From the NCBI GenBank assembly GCA_963514005.1, contig OY740813.1, positions 20,894,001 to 20,958,000 of the forward strand: 64,000 bases of DNA, given 5' to 3'. This document shows positions 37,834 through 52,386 of the stretch, in pieces. Numbering within the stretch: position 1 is the stretch's first letter; the number at the start of each line of letters is the position of its first letter. Source of the DNA: Raja brachyura (Eukaryota). The notes beneath the pieces are model-generated. The model was not told the DNA's origin. It was given only the letters and a program-made list of their open reading frames with translations, and did not search any database. A program made the position numbers and the translations under genes.

Positions 37834-40474
37834 AAGTGTCGCCATTTGATGAATTCAACCTTGTTGGCTGATCCTGCTTCAAATTTATCCCTGCTCTTAA
37901 AAATCCATCTTTAGTTTAGTGATACAAAATCATGAGGGGAATTGACAGAGGAATTGGAGAATCAAGAGCAAGAGTGCATAGGTTTAAGGTGAAAGGGAAA
38001 GATTTAATAGGAAACCAAGGGACAACTTTGACAGAGGGTGGTGGGTAAATGGAATGAGCTGCTAGAGGAGGCAGTTGAAGCATGTACTATCAGCATTTTA
38101 AATATATTTAGACAGGTACATGGATGGGAAAGGATTAGAAGGACGGGCCAAATGCAGGCAGGTGGGGCATCTTGGTTGGTGTGGGCGAGTTGGGCTGATG
38201 GGCCCGATTCCATGCTGTATGACTCTAGACACTTCCTACACAATAGGGACAATTTTACAGAGGCCAACTAACCTACAAATCTGCACTACAAATCTTTGGG
38301 AGGAAACTCACACGGTAATAGTGCGTGCAAAATTCACACCGTCAGCACCAGAGGTCATGATTGAATCCGGGACTCCGGCACTGAGACAGTGGCACTACCA
38401 GCTGTGCCGCTCTGATGGCATCTCTCTGATAGAGGTTACTTACGCAACACAAATTCTTCAAAGCTGTCTAAATTCAGGAATTGTGGCCTGGATTGGAAAA
38501 AGTCAAATAACATTTCTTTCCATTTATATAGTTACAAAAATAAGTATTTGGTGCCTCGATACTTTGCTGCTTTGATAGTTTTGTTCATTCCCACAATTTG
38601 GACCACATTATTTTCTTGTCTTCCCTTTCTGTTCTAGGTCTGCCTTCATCATCTTTAGCACTGGGATTAATATTGTCCCTTCCCTTACTTATCGATCATG
38701 GTTGGATTGATCGCCCATTAGGCTGCAGCCCTGTGTAAAGTTTTGGTTGTTACAGTACAGGATGCACTTAACTGCAGCAGCACGGGTGTAGAGGAGATTT
38801 ACATGGATATTGCCCTGGCTGGAGTAGCATAGTTAAGATAAGAGCATATCTAGGCAGGAGTTACCCCAATGGACCAAGAAGACAAAGCATGCTTGACTGA
38901 GAGTCAAGCCAAGAGATTCAAGAGTGTTTAATTATCCTATTGTCAGCGGAACAGCACAGTTCTTACTTGCTGCATCTTTACAGGCCCATAAACGCAATAG
39001 ACAGATAATATGATAATCAAAAATATAATAAATTAATAACCATAATAGTGCAACTAAAGACACAGTCCAAAGAAGTTCATAGCTGCTGAGGTTAATGTTG
39101 TGCAGTGTTCGAGAGCCTGCTGGTTGCTGGGAAGGAGCTGTTCTTGAACCAGGTTGTCACGGTTTATGGCCTCCTGTACCTTCTTCTCAATGCAGGAGTG
39201 AAATGAGAGCGTGGCCAGGGTGGTGTGGGTCTTTGATGATATTGGCTGCCATTTTGTGGCAGCATCTCCCTATAGATCCATTCGGTAGTTGGGAAATCAG
39301 TGGTGCAGTAAAAAAAAAAATTATAAATGGGTTTCATTTGTTTAACTTGGCGGAAGTTACATAACAAGGATGTTGATTTGAAGGAATTGAGATGAGATGA
39401 GAGATGAGATGCATTTATTTGTCACTGTGCCAATTGGGAAGAGGATTAGCTGGAAGTTGAGGGAAAATGTGGATGTTCAAACAATCGTAGGAGTCTGGAA
39501 CTCACTACATGAAAATGTGATGGAGGCAAAGACACTTGTTGCATTTAGAATATATATCTGGATTAGTACTTGAAGACCTGTAAATTTATGTACATGGGCT
39601 GGGCGTGGGATTAATTTAAAATTAATCTGGTTAGCAAATAAAACAATAGACCAAACATGCTCTTGTATGGTATAATTCTATGATTCAACACCAATTTAAC
39701 TGCAATAGTAAACCTCGGCATATTTAATAGTTGTGTACAGCATTCAGTGCCTTTTTGAAAATATTTCACAACCAGTGAGGTTTATTTATCAACAGCTGAG
39801 CTCAGCCTACACAAGTCAATTCACTTCTCCAGCCTGATCTCGGAAATGTAAAATCACAGTTTATAATTCTGGCTGCTGCTCCCTGTTAAATAGAACATCA
39901 ACTTGTATCATGATAATCTCTTGTCATTCCCTTAAGTCAGATTAACCAAGAAAACAAACAGTAGCTAAAAGATACAAAAGGGACAAATAGGTTATATGTG
40001 AAAGCAAGGAAGCAGTGAAACAGTAAAGGATACAAAGCTCTGGTGGGAGATGTCGACAGAGCTTCTGACAACAGAGATGTGGTTCTCTGGAGTGTTGGAG
40101 GTCGAGGTGAGACCTGCTATGGTGAGAGCCATAAATTTGCTAATCAAATAATCTTTTTCCGCTCGTCTTTGGGATATGGGAGGAAACCGGAGCACCTGGA
40201 AGTCCACGTGGTCACCGAGAGAACATGCAAACTCCACACAGACAGAACCCACGGTCAGGATCAAATCAAAGGCTCTGCCACGTAAATAATGTTTTATCTT
40301 CCTTATGACCCATTAGTATTTTCATATTTTCAATTACAGTTCTTCTGTAACCATTGTGTACCAGACTATTTAATGTTTATTTTCAATATTTCTTTGTTAC
40401 TTTCTATAGTAATATAGAATATTTATTACCTTAGAAAATTAATCGAGACTGCTTAATCGAAGTTTTCCCTTAAA

Positions 40475-40782
40475 CTAAGTTTAGTGTAGAGATACAGCTC
40501 GGAAACAGGCCCTTCGGTCCACCGAGTCAGCACCGACCAGTGATCCCCACACACTAACACTATCCTACACACACCAGGGACAATTTACACATACACCAAG
40601 CCAATTAACCTTCATAAAGGTACCTGTACGCCTTTGGAGTGTGGGAGGAAACAGAAGATTTCGGAGTAAACCCACACAGGTCATGGGGAGAACGTACAAA
40701 CTCTGCACAGACAGCACCCGTAGTTAGGATTGATCCTGGGTCTCTTGCGCTGGAAGGCAGTGCTTTACCGCTGCGCCGCCCT
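40475..40782 (-). mobile_element. HE1/V-SINE-type SINE
   Basis: Reverse-complement head (taccgctgcgccgccc), V-domain and tail are all present. Confidence 0.85.
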
Positions 40783-41459
40783 GGCTTCTGAGTTCACCGA
40801 AGTAGAAACAGCTAATTTAAAAATAATTAGAGACTATTATACTATCATGTTAAAAGACCTTTGTAATAATTGACACATTGTCAATATGAGATATACTTTA
40901 CATGGATTGAAGGCTACACATTAGTCAGTATGTGTCATAGTACAGTGTAAAAGATTCCAAGAGACAAATAGCTACAATATTGAATGGTGCATTATTTTTC
41001 ATTGTCATTAAATCTTGCATTGTTATTATCATCGCAATATTAGCTAGAGTGCTTGCTCATAAAGCAACATTGATCATATTGATTGCTTTTTTTAAAAAAA
41101 GGTGAAATTAGGGTTGGTCAAATAACTACATATCACAATGTATAGTCCATTTGGGAAATAATTTGTCTTTAACATTAGATCAGCTCATCCATCTAGTGCT
41201 TGTCATCTAGTCAAATTTATTTCATATTTTAACAGCAGCAGCACCACAACATTAAAATTGCATAGATGACAGAACAAGCACTTTATTAAATATGCACTTG
41301 AGATTTCTGACACTTCTCACACCAGCTCATTTTTCTCATTTAATCTTCACTATGTTGATGAGAGATACCTCTAGACTACCCAAGTTGAAAATACTGCGGT
41401 CAACTAGAGTGGAAATAACTGGATAACCCTTTTCAATTAAAGTTAGAGATTTCACTGAG

Positions 41460-42125
41460 CAAAGTACAAGCTGCTGAAGGAATACAGAGGGTCAGGTAAT
41501 CTTTGGAAGGAAATAGAGTCATTAATTTGGATCGTGACCCTTCCTCAAGAATGAAAGAGCGGAGAAGATAACGGGGAGGTGGAGTGGGGCAGCAGATGGT
41601 GTGAGATAAGCGAGGAGGGATGGATCGTGTATGGAGTCAGGTAGGGGAAGAGAAGGGTGGGGATAACACTGCAGCTTGAGGTGTGATTGATGGGGGTAAC
41701 CAGGGGCTGTGGATGAGGAATTTTGATGGGAAAAGTAGAATATGGGACCTAATAAGGTGAGGTGGGCAGATGGGGGAGGTGGGGATCCGATGAGAGGAGA
41801 GTGTGGGCGATGGGCAGATAGAATGGGTGAAGAAGAAGCTGGGTGGGAGGGGGCAGAGTCTTATGGGAAAGAGTTTGTCTCAGAGTCAGGATGGATAACT
41901 GAAATTAGAGAAATCAATGTTCATGCCATTGGGTTGCAGACTACCCAGGAGGAATACGAGGCGCTGTTACTTTAGTTTGTGTATGGCCTCACCCTCGCAG
42001 TGGAGTAAGCCAAGGACAGACAGGTCAATCTGAAAAAGGGTCTTGACCCGAAAGGTCACCCATTCCTTCTCTCCAGAGATGCTGCTTGACCCACTGAGTT
42101 ACTCCAGCATTTTGTGTCTATCTTC
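41460..42125. mobile_element. Penelope-like element fragments
   Basis: Same terminal sequence family as 8495-9120, with a purine-rich segment and a hammerhead-like motif at about 42030. Confidence 0.6.
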
Positions 42126-45100
42126 AGCTGCAATGGGAATTAAAATTGCTAGCAATCAAGAGGTCTAGGTGTTCAGGTGGAAATTGAACTGCTATTGAAG
42201 ATGGGGAGATTGATATTTCACAGAATGTGCATGTATCCAGCATCCATTCGATGCTTTTCTTTCTGGAAGAGGTTGGTAATTTTTTAATCCAATGCCTCTT
42301 AAATTAACTTTAATAACAATTAATTTGAAGAATCATAAATACCACAAACATCTTTACTAAATATTCAGTCTGTTTTCTCATTAAATTGATATGCAACAAA
42401 CCAATTGACACCGCCTTCAACTTATTGATTGAAGGAGAATACAGCACATCATAGAACTGGAACAGGCCCCACCACCCATATTGTTTTGTGCTGAACAGGA
42501 TGATGTTACTCACCTCTGCCTCCTCCTGATACATATCCCACCATACCCTGCATATCACATGCCTATCAAAGCCTCTTAAACATCACAATCCTATCTGCTT
42601 TCTTCATCCACCCCCGACAGCACATTCCAAGCAAAACATCTTTATGTGTAAAATAATTGCCCCACACATTTCCTTTAAACTTTGTCTCTCTCACCTTAAA
42701 GCAGTGCCCTCTAGTCTTTGACATGTCCACACTGGGGAAAAAAGGTTTTGACCGTCTAGTCTAGCTATGCCTCTCAAAATTATATAAGCTTTGATCACGT
42801 TTTCCCTCAGCCACCGATTCCCCAGAGAAAAAAATCCAAATGTATTAATTTCCCTCTAATTTAGACAGAATTCCAGCAAACCTCTTCTGCACTCCCTTCA
42901 AAGCCTCCACATCATTGGTGTAATGGGCAGCAGAACTGCACACAATACTCAAAATGCTGCCTGACCAATGTTTTATAAAGCTGCAACATGACTTCCTAAC
43001 TCTTATACTTAATGCCTAGATCAACAAAGGCGAGCTGGATATTCAAACTCTATTCCAGTAAACATGGTTAATTAGCATTGTATATATACTTTTGGCTAAC
43101 AAAAAAAAATTAATGCAGTAAATGCAAAATTAAAACCAAGAATTCTGGTGCAGGAAAGAATAGGACGATCAGTATTTTGACAAGGGCCATTCACCAGACA
43201 ATCCAACAACAGTCCACCTTAACGGATGTGGGTGGATACAACCATTTCCAGCCTTTAATGCCAAGTATGCAGTCATTAAAATCTGTGCTCCTCTGTATTG
43301 AATGGACTGGGCTAAGAAATTTGCATTAGGCTGCTACGTGAATAATGATAATTTTTGATGTTTTGTCCAATTTGGGAGAAAATAAAGCTGAACACTGTGG
43401 GCTGCAGGTTTAATACCATGAGCTGAATCAAAGCGACTGTCTAAACTTACCTAAGGAAACCTTGTGACATTCAACTGCACATTACAAATGTGACCAATTT
43501 GTTTCACAGATTTTAGATAAGACCCTTACAGCACCTGTCTACCAGAAAGCTGCACGAATCAGAGTGTATTTAGCTACAAAGAAAGGTTGCGTAAACTTGG
43601 ATTGTTTTCTCTAGGCCACCAGAGGTGAGGGAAGACCTCATAGAAGTACATAAAATTACCTGAGACACAGATAGGGTAGATAGTCAGAAGCTTCCCCCCC
43701 CCCCCCCCCCCCCCAAGGTGGAACTGTCAAAGACCAGGGGGTCTCGCTTTAAGGTGAGAGGGGCAAAGTTTATAGGAGATGTGCAAGATATTTGTTTTAT
43801 ACAGAGGGTGGTGGGGTGTGGTGGGTGCCTGGAATGTGCAGCCATGTATGGTGGTGAAGGCAGATACAATAGTGGTGTTTAAAAGTCTTTAAGATACGCA
43901 CATGGAATCGCAGGGAGTGTAGGGGTGTGGATCACATGCAAGCAGAGGCGATTAGTTTAACCTGACATCATGTTCAGCACGGACATTGTGGGCTGAAGGG
44001 CCTGTTCCTATGCTGTTCTTCTCTATGTTGCATGTTCTATCCATACATCACTCACCAGAAACAAATCCAATGCAACATCCAAGAGTATTCATATTGATTG
44101 CATGGGATTGTGATTTAAAGCTCCCCATGTTAGAGAAAGCAATTTCATGTTTGAAATACACAGTAAACATGGACACGAAGTGCAAATCAGTCCAAAGAAG
44201 GGTCCAGACCAGAAATATCACCGATCCACGTTGTCCAGAGATGCTGGATGTCCCGTTGAGTTACTCCAGCAATTTTTGCCCTTGTTTGTAAACCAACACC
44301 TGTAGTTCCTTATTTCTCTCTATCCTTTACCCAGTCTCTGATGTTATAAATTCTCTAGTTGTTAATTTGCAAGAACTTCTTTTGTTAGGAATACTGGAGT
44401 GAGCTGTGTGGATAATGTCAATGGTCTTACTAAAACTACTTTGTGGCCAAACATTCTGTGGAATCTCTGAGACATTTCTTGAAACAATATCAGGATTCAT
44501 TAGCTTTGTGAATATGTGGACATTAGAGTGATGTCACTGGATTTGTGGCCAAATTTATTTAGGAATCACAGCAAATTTCACTCCCAGGAGTAAATAAACT
44601 CTGCCGGTCTCATGCCCTTAATTACCCGTAAATCTGAGCTGTATATAATAAGTCTGACACCTTGCTTTGTCGGACATTTTTTTTGAAGTTAACAAGGCAT
44701 AATGACTGGACTATCCAGCTAAAGTGGGTATCACAAGCTGCCAAATCCTGTTAAAATTTAAACTCTTCCTGAAGTGATTATAAGGCAGCTTGAACTTTGA
44801 CTGGTTCACCCTTTCACCACCCATCTCCACCACAACTCCACACTCACATGCAGATGTTCGCTCTCCAGTCAACTTGGCTTTTTTAAATTTGTGCAAAGAA
44901 ATGCCTGTGTACGTATAAGGACCGCTCGCATTCAATTGTTGAGTAGAGTTCAAGCAAGTGTTCCCACTTAAAGAAACAGGCTTCTTGCTTTAACATTCAG
45001 TTTGGATTTCTGTGCCAATTGTAAGATTCTAAAAGCAATTTCCTTGAACCAATGTGAAAGCCATCGATCTTACCGAATGCTCCTTGATAAGAAAAATAAT

Positions 45101-46005
45101 CAAGCAGTGGTCCTTAAAAGGTCATCTTAAAACTGATATATTGTTTTTTTTAATTCAGCAGTTATTAACTACACTGCATCCACCTATGATTTGGAAGAAG
45201 TGTATCACTTGCAGCACTGTCTAATACACGACACCCAAAATCAATTCATAGTCAAAACAAGATCTAAACTGCAGATAACTATAGCAAATTCTCTCACTAA
45301 AACTAGGAAAATGCTAAAGAAGCACAAATCAAACACAATCCGGAACTAGCAATGCAGCTACCCACCTTGATTGATGGGAGATAGACACAAAATGCTTGAG
45401 TAACTCAGTGGGAGAGGCAGCATCTCTGCATAGAAGGAATGGATGACATTTTGGGTCGAGACCCTTCTTCAGACTTCAGTTTCTCCAGGCTACAAAACAA
45501 ACACACACTAGTCCATTGTTACTATCTCCTCCCCAGTTGTCCATTGCCAGCCCAAGTCTTCCTGCCTCTCCCATCCTAAATTTAGCATTCAATAAGACTC
45601 AGAACAGTGGGTGGCCTGCTGGTATGGTCAAAGCACCAGCTGCTCCGTTACTGCACCACTCCGAATCAACTCCTCCGCTTACCCAATCTCCTTTTATGTA
45701 GACACAAGAGACTGTAGATTTTGGAATATGGGTCAACAAACAAACTGCCGGAGAAACTCAGTGGGTCTTGCAGCATCATTGAGTGGAAATAGGTCAATGT
45801 TTTGGTTTGAACCCTCACATTAGTCTCAATGCAGATTTCTTCTACAGGTGTTGCTGAGCCGTTGATTTTTCCATCAGATTGTTTGTTGTTCCTTAGTTGT
45901 AGAGTAGATGCTTTCTTTATTTGTGATTGTGCTGCAGCTACAAAGTACTGAGATAAATCAATAGACACCAGCACATCAGGAATATTCCAGTGCTTATTTT
46001 TCACT

Positions 46006-46011
46006 TTTATT
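46006..46011 (-). terminator. candidate MORN5 polyadenylation signal
   Basis: AATAAA on the minus strand about 1.1 kb after the MORN5 stop. Confidence 0.35.
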
Positions 46012-47121
46012 TCCAAAATAAGATGGGCAAGGATTGACACCCTGTCATACAATCAATATATAGACCTACTTCAATTGCTGCGTCAAACATGAAGCATGGC
46101 ATGTTCAAAACATAGATGATTTAATACAGATGTGTTCCTACAGAATTCAGAACAAAGGATGTAGTATGTATGTTGCACAAGTAATTTGATAACCTTTTGT
46201 TGAGATACACAAGGCTAGTGAAGAGTTGTGTGTCCCTAACAAAACTGTCCTGAAATAATATCATCTTTTGACTTGTAAAAGATGTTTACTTCGAATACGT
46301 TTGAATTTACAGATATAAAGTTCAGTTTCCTGACTATATAGTAAAACATAAAATACCTACTTTGTTAAAAATAGAGTTTTAACATTCAAGTTTACAAGTT
46401 AATAAATATTTTTCAATTTTCTATCAACATCTCTATTAATTGGTTGCAGATTATTAATTACCAAAGGTCAAGCATACTTCACAGATGTCTCTATAAAACA
46501 GAGCAGATATCTTCAACACCTGGAAAACACTAAGAACATTCAAAACACAATATGCCAAACTAAATCGGAAACCTGAACATGAATCTCAAAAGGTGGAACT
46601 CTTTACGAGTGTTTGCCTTCAATTGGTAATCCTGTATTTTTACACTGTGTAACCTTTCGCAAGATAACCAGAATGGAAATCAATTATCACTTTTGGAAAC
46701 CAGGTTTACACTAAAAGGATTTATACAATTTAAGGTGGGTATTATTAGAAATAAAACACTCTATTTCTTCCAGGATAGGTGCTAGTCTGCATGCATGCAT
46801 CAGATCAAAACACTGCCCAGCTTAATAATCAGGGCAGAAAATTGTGACATTGAGAAAAATTATGCATCATAAATATTTCATGAGATGGGTGCACAATATA
46901 GAAAATTGGGGAAAATTACTCAGAATTATTTCCTAATATTTCCTAAAACAACAAATCATATCTTTATAAAGCTAAGTTATGAATTTGTCACGTTTTGTAA
47001 ACGATGTGCGAGAAGGATTTAATTCTGACAAATTCTGCAAGGTTCACTATCTAATGTAAAACACGCTTAACACCAAAGGAATGAGGATACTACGTGACAA
47101 CTACGACAGGCTCCATCCCAA

Positions 47122-47231
47122 TCACGAGGGGTATCTCGGTAGCTGCTGCTGGTGCAGTTCAGGCCTGTATCCTGTTATCTGGTCCCAACCTTTCCGACAG
47201 GTGCGAACTATCCAGTTATGCTCATCGTCAT
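47122..47231 (-). CDS. MORN5: MORN repeat-containing protein 5, exon 5 (terminal)
   Basis: ttttcag|AT. Encodes [36 protein letters not shown]. Confidence 0.93.
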
Positions 47232-48349
47232 CTGAAAACACAGACAGACATTTCCTTGTGACTTTTCAGATGGAAATGGAATTTTGCCAGGAAAGTTCAG
47301 GCTGTCGTATGCTGCAATTAGATTCAAATTGACTCAATCCTTCAGTCACAAACATTTGTATTCCTGCATGTGCAATCAGGAAAGGTTCCAATAATGCACT
47401 CTTTGTTACTTTATGACTTAGAATGGGCATCATGTCAGACCCACCACCTCATTGTTACATCAATTACATCTGCTTACTTGCATGTTTTTGTTGCACACAC
47501 CATTCTGCTCAGGGTGGCCATCTACCATATTATAATGGCGGATGATAAACATATTTCAGTTTCAGCAGAGCCCGGGTAGGATAATTGCAGGAGATTTCAT
47601 GGCTAATTGGAATCACTGCAGCTGCAACCTCTTCAGTGGTAACCCATGAACAAGATGAACTGGCCTATTGTTGTGAACAAGGCTTAAATCCTTCCCTGAT
47701 TGTTCATAATTGGTGACGATGGCCTTAACAGCCACTTGACTAGCCTTTTCACACTCTACCTGGCTATGTGGCCACCACATTAAATCCCAGATGCCCAGGC
47801 TGAGTCCTGCCAGCTGCATGGGAACTAACTACTTTCTCTTATTCTCTCTCACCCTGTGACACTAGGTCAAACTCAAGAAACACATTTTATCACTTTTTAA
47901 AGCGCAATTAATGCTTGTGGCTTCATTTGTACCAGCTACCAGCCAACTATAATTATCGTTGAGCTTAACTGCAATTGTTTGTGGATGGTAATTAAAGCTT
48001 AAATACAATTGCTCTGCATCTTCTCACCTTTTATATAATTTACTCTTTAGATAACAGCTACATTTTCCCTTTTTAACATAACCCAACTCTGTAATCATCT
48101 GGAAATTGTTATTTGGCTGATAGTTTATCATTGGTAGAATTCTCAATCTTACCATTTTCACCTTGCAAGGAATAGAATATTTTAATACATTTTTTCAATA
48201 TTAGCAGCAGGCAAATATTTTTAATGTAATCATTTTATAGATATATTGTGCTTTTGAAATTTGAAATATTGTCAAATTTGATCTTTATGATGTATTAGTT
48301 TCCTAAAACTGTTTGACACCAAAAAATGAGCACAAAGCAGATAGTTATA

Positions 48350-48870
48350 TTTTCAAGTCAAGAGTGTTTAATGGTTTGCACCAGCAACGAAACAGCAACA
48401 TTCTTACTTGCTGCAACTTTACAGGCCCATTAAAGCAATATTTGACAGATAATTCATTGGTATGCCGAATCTCCGCAAACCTTTAGGGAAGTAGAGGTGT
48501 CGATGAGCTTTCTTTGTGATTGCATCGATGTGCTGACCCCAGGAAAAATATTCAGAGATATGCACGCCCAGGAACTTGAAGCTGTTGACTCTCCCCATTG
48601 CCACCCCATTGATGAAAACTGGTTCATGGAACCCCGGCTTTGCCGTCCTGATGTCAACAATCAGCTCAATGGGATTTTACTAATGTTGAGAGCAAGGTTG
48701 TTGTTCTTGCATTATCAATCTCCCTCCTGTATTCACTCATCATTACCCGTTATTTGTCCAACAATGTTGGCATTGTCTGTGAATTTAAGGATAGTGTTAG
48801 AGTTTTTTAATGTAATTTAAGGATAGTGTTGGAGTTGTGGCTGGCTGCACATTCATCGGTACAGAGATTT
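48350..48870 (-). mobile_element. Rex1/Babar-type RT C-terminal fragment
   Basis: VNSFKFLGVHISEYFSWGQHIDAITKKAHRHLYF..LRRFG peptide. Confidence 0.75.
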
Positions 48871-49059
48871 TGTTTGACATTCTGTTGAAGTTTATCTATC
48901 GGGGTATAACTATACAAAATCCTAATATTTGGCTCCAATGGTTCATTTTCATGTCTGATAAATGGAGTGATAAAGTATGATTTTATGTTCATGCCTACTT
49001 TTTTTCTCTGACACTATTGACAGGTATAAAGTACACCCACTAGTATGAAAGCAAAATAA

Positions 49060-50290
49060 GGCTGCAGCTACTGGAGATCTGAAATAAAAACAAAAAATGT
49101 AGGAAACACTCAGCAGATCAGGCAGCATCGAACTGAAGAGAAGCAGTGAAAATATCTCAGGTTGGTGACCCATCATCAGAATTGGGCAAGAGATAAAAAT
49201 GAGAATTTTAAGTTGCAGAAAGGGTGGCAGAGATTAGATTGGTCAAAGGGAGTATTTGTGGCCAGGTAAATGGGGTTAATGTGGTATTTACACATTCTTG
49301 CTATGTGTTGCTAATACCTGGACTGTGGAACATGCCCAGCAGGTCAGGCTGTACTAATGGAGAGAAAACACAGGGTCAAAATCCCAGGTGGATGACTTTC
49401 ACAGAATGGACAAACCCATTATGGATGTGAGAAACCAGTGGAGAATTTAAAATGGAGCCTGGAAGGTTGCTACATGCCCAGATAGAAGATGGGATGTTAG
49501 TTTGTCAAGCTAACATTGGGCTTCATTGTAACATTACAGCAGACCATGGACAGATAGAGCATTGCAGGAAGCAACACAAAGTTCAAGGTCACTCCTGTAG
49601 GATGAACACTGGTGCTCTGCAAAGCGATTACCCAATTTGTATTTCGTTTCTATGAAGCAGAATGACCACATTGTGAATATCAAATGAAATATAATAGATT
49701 GAAAGAAGTACAGGTGAATACTGCTTCACCGAGGAAAATCAGTTGGGGGTCCCAAGATGGTGAGAGAAGAATGAGATGAAAGGAGTTGCATTGCTTACAG
49801 TTGCAATTGCTTGAGGCAGATTCTTCAGAGAGGAATGGTTAATGGGGGGGGGGGTGTTAAAGAATGGACCAAAGAAGCCTGGAGGAAGTGATCCCTTCAA
49901 AATGCTGAGAGGAGAGGGGAGGCGGCTATATATCTAATGGTGTAATATTGGAGCTGGTGAAGGATATTTTTGGAATGTTGAGGCTGTAGGGTGGAAGGTG
50001 AAGAACGGGAAAAATTTTCATCTTACTGTCCAGGAGGAGAGAAGATGATAGCAACAGATGAGAGGTGGTGAGGGCTCTGTCCACTTTGGTAGATGGGAAG
50101 ATGTGGTTAACAAGAAAGAAGACATTTCAGAGAAACCTGTGTAGAAGGTTTAATTATTTCAGGAAATACAAGGGAGGTGGTGGGCCTGGAAGAATGGAAT
50201 GAAATTCTTGAGGAGCCAGGGTGAGAATAAATAGTTGGAAGAGTTAAGGAGGTCCGTAGGCGTGTATTAGATGTTTGTAGGTAGCCTATC
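49060..50290 (-). mobile_element. decayed Penelope-like element including GIY-YIG endonuclease remnant
   Basis: Minus strand near 49600-49720 reads FTCTSFNLLYFI*YSQCG...ETKYKLGNRFAEH. The Penelope terminal sequence is at 49060-49180. Confidence 0.7.
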
Positions 50291-52176
50291 CCGAAATGAC
50301 AAAATACCCATTGGCATTTATTGCAATATATATATATATAACATGGATATTTTGTTTTCCATTCCTCTGTCTGATCACTTCTGGAAGTTGCTGTAACCTG
50401 TTCACAACCTTAACATTATACATGACTCAAAGTTGACCTAGCTCTTGGTCATATATAATGCTAATGCTGGAATGGTGTCTGGACCTTTACCAAGCTGTGT
50501 CCTTTCCTCTCTATAGCATTGCCTATTTCCTTCTCAGCATCAGTTTTTCTGTGACCTTGTTACGTCCAGAGTTAGAAATTCCAATCCACTCCTTACTATT
50601 GTTCTTTGATCAAATGGCTTCAGAAACCGTTGGCTCATTCTAAAATCTGTTGACTTGCCATAACTTGTACCAATTCCTGTTCACACACGCTCACCTACAT
50701 TGGTTCCCAATACAATATATATTCTGTTAACAAATACCCCAATGGTTCACTTTCCAATCATTGTTCCATCTCTTAGCTAACTTATTATGATGTCTACATT
50801 CTTGCGTCTTGTGCAATCTCTATTTTTGTTGTTTCATTGTGGATCAGTATTAATTCAGTTGCTGAGACCTCAAGAACTGGTATTCACCTTCTAAACTTCT
50901 CTGCCATTTTTTGAAGGACAATTAGGCAATTGTCAATTATCCCTTGCCAGTGATACCCATATTTCATGAAAGCATTAAGTAGAGTTATCTGCAAACCTGC
51001 CTCATCCTTATTTTATTCCTCAACTTGGGGAGGGAACATACCTGCTTCCTTCAGAATGGAGCAGGGAATCAGTCTTATGGAGGGTTCGGACCTGAAACGT
51101 GGCTTATCCATTCCTTCCACAGATGCTGCCTGACCCGCTGAATTACTCGAGCAATTTGTGTTTTGCACCTTATTCTTTCACTTACATTTAAAGTAGACTA
51201 CATCTTAAAAAAGGTTAGAAACGAGAGTTCATTTTTGGTAGATATACAAAGTCATTTCTTTCTCTGTGAAGAGCATTACTGTAGTGCCAAAAAAGCAGCA
51301 GCTTTACACCCTGTTTATCAGTGAAACAACACCAGTCTTTACAGAGCAGACGGGTTAAAGGTCGGGGAACCTGTGCATCCTTTAAAACCACTCCCTGACC
51401 AAAGAGAGACGGCAGCATTTTATGCTAACCTGTTTGGTCTTTGGAGTTGAGCGGAGAGTTTCCTGAATGTTTCCTACCATCCGCTTCTGCAAGCTCCAAG
51501 CTGTAGCCAGAAGCCTTGGTGTTTCCTGTCCCTCCACACAGAAGGAGCTTGAGGTCTGTCTCTTTTATCCCACCCTTCTTCCTCGGTTCCTCTTGCCCAC
51601 AGCTGCTCATGTACTCTTCCTCTACAGTGCTGGCCTTCTGGCCCATACTATCTCTCTCAAGGGAACACAGTTCCTCTGCATGTTGGACATCAACTGCCTC
51701 ACAATTGTGTTTTCATTTTCCCCAAAGGAAGGTTGCGGCAGTATATCTTTTTGAAAACGCCCTGGCTTTGGGTTTGACTTTTATACAAAGCAGCTTGACG
51801 TACAAAATGAGAGCAATCAATCCTGTGCAGGCAACAGTAGAATAAGGCTTGAACTTTTGTAGATGAAAGCAAATGTCAGAGAAAAAAATTAGCATGTTAA
51901 AAGACCAAAATATTGATTCATATTTAAACCACAAACTCTGACTGAGCTCAAAGTCATGATTAAATTCCACAGCACGGTTCATCAGACTTATGAAGTTGTT
52001 TCCATTTAAAAATATTTTAATTAGATACACTTCAATATTGTTTGCATGTAGTCATATTGGGATTGCAATGAATCGTGCAAAACTTGCTACTATTCCAAAA
52101 ACATGCGATGGAACATGAAGAGACAAGAAACAGAGTTGCAAGTCAGTACACATGTGATGGAAATTTAGTTTTTTTA

Positions 52177-52386
<210 letters not shown>

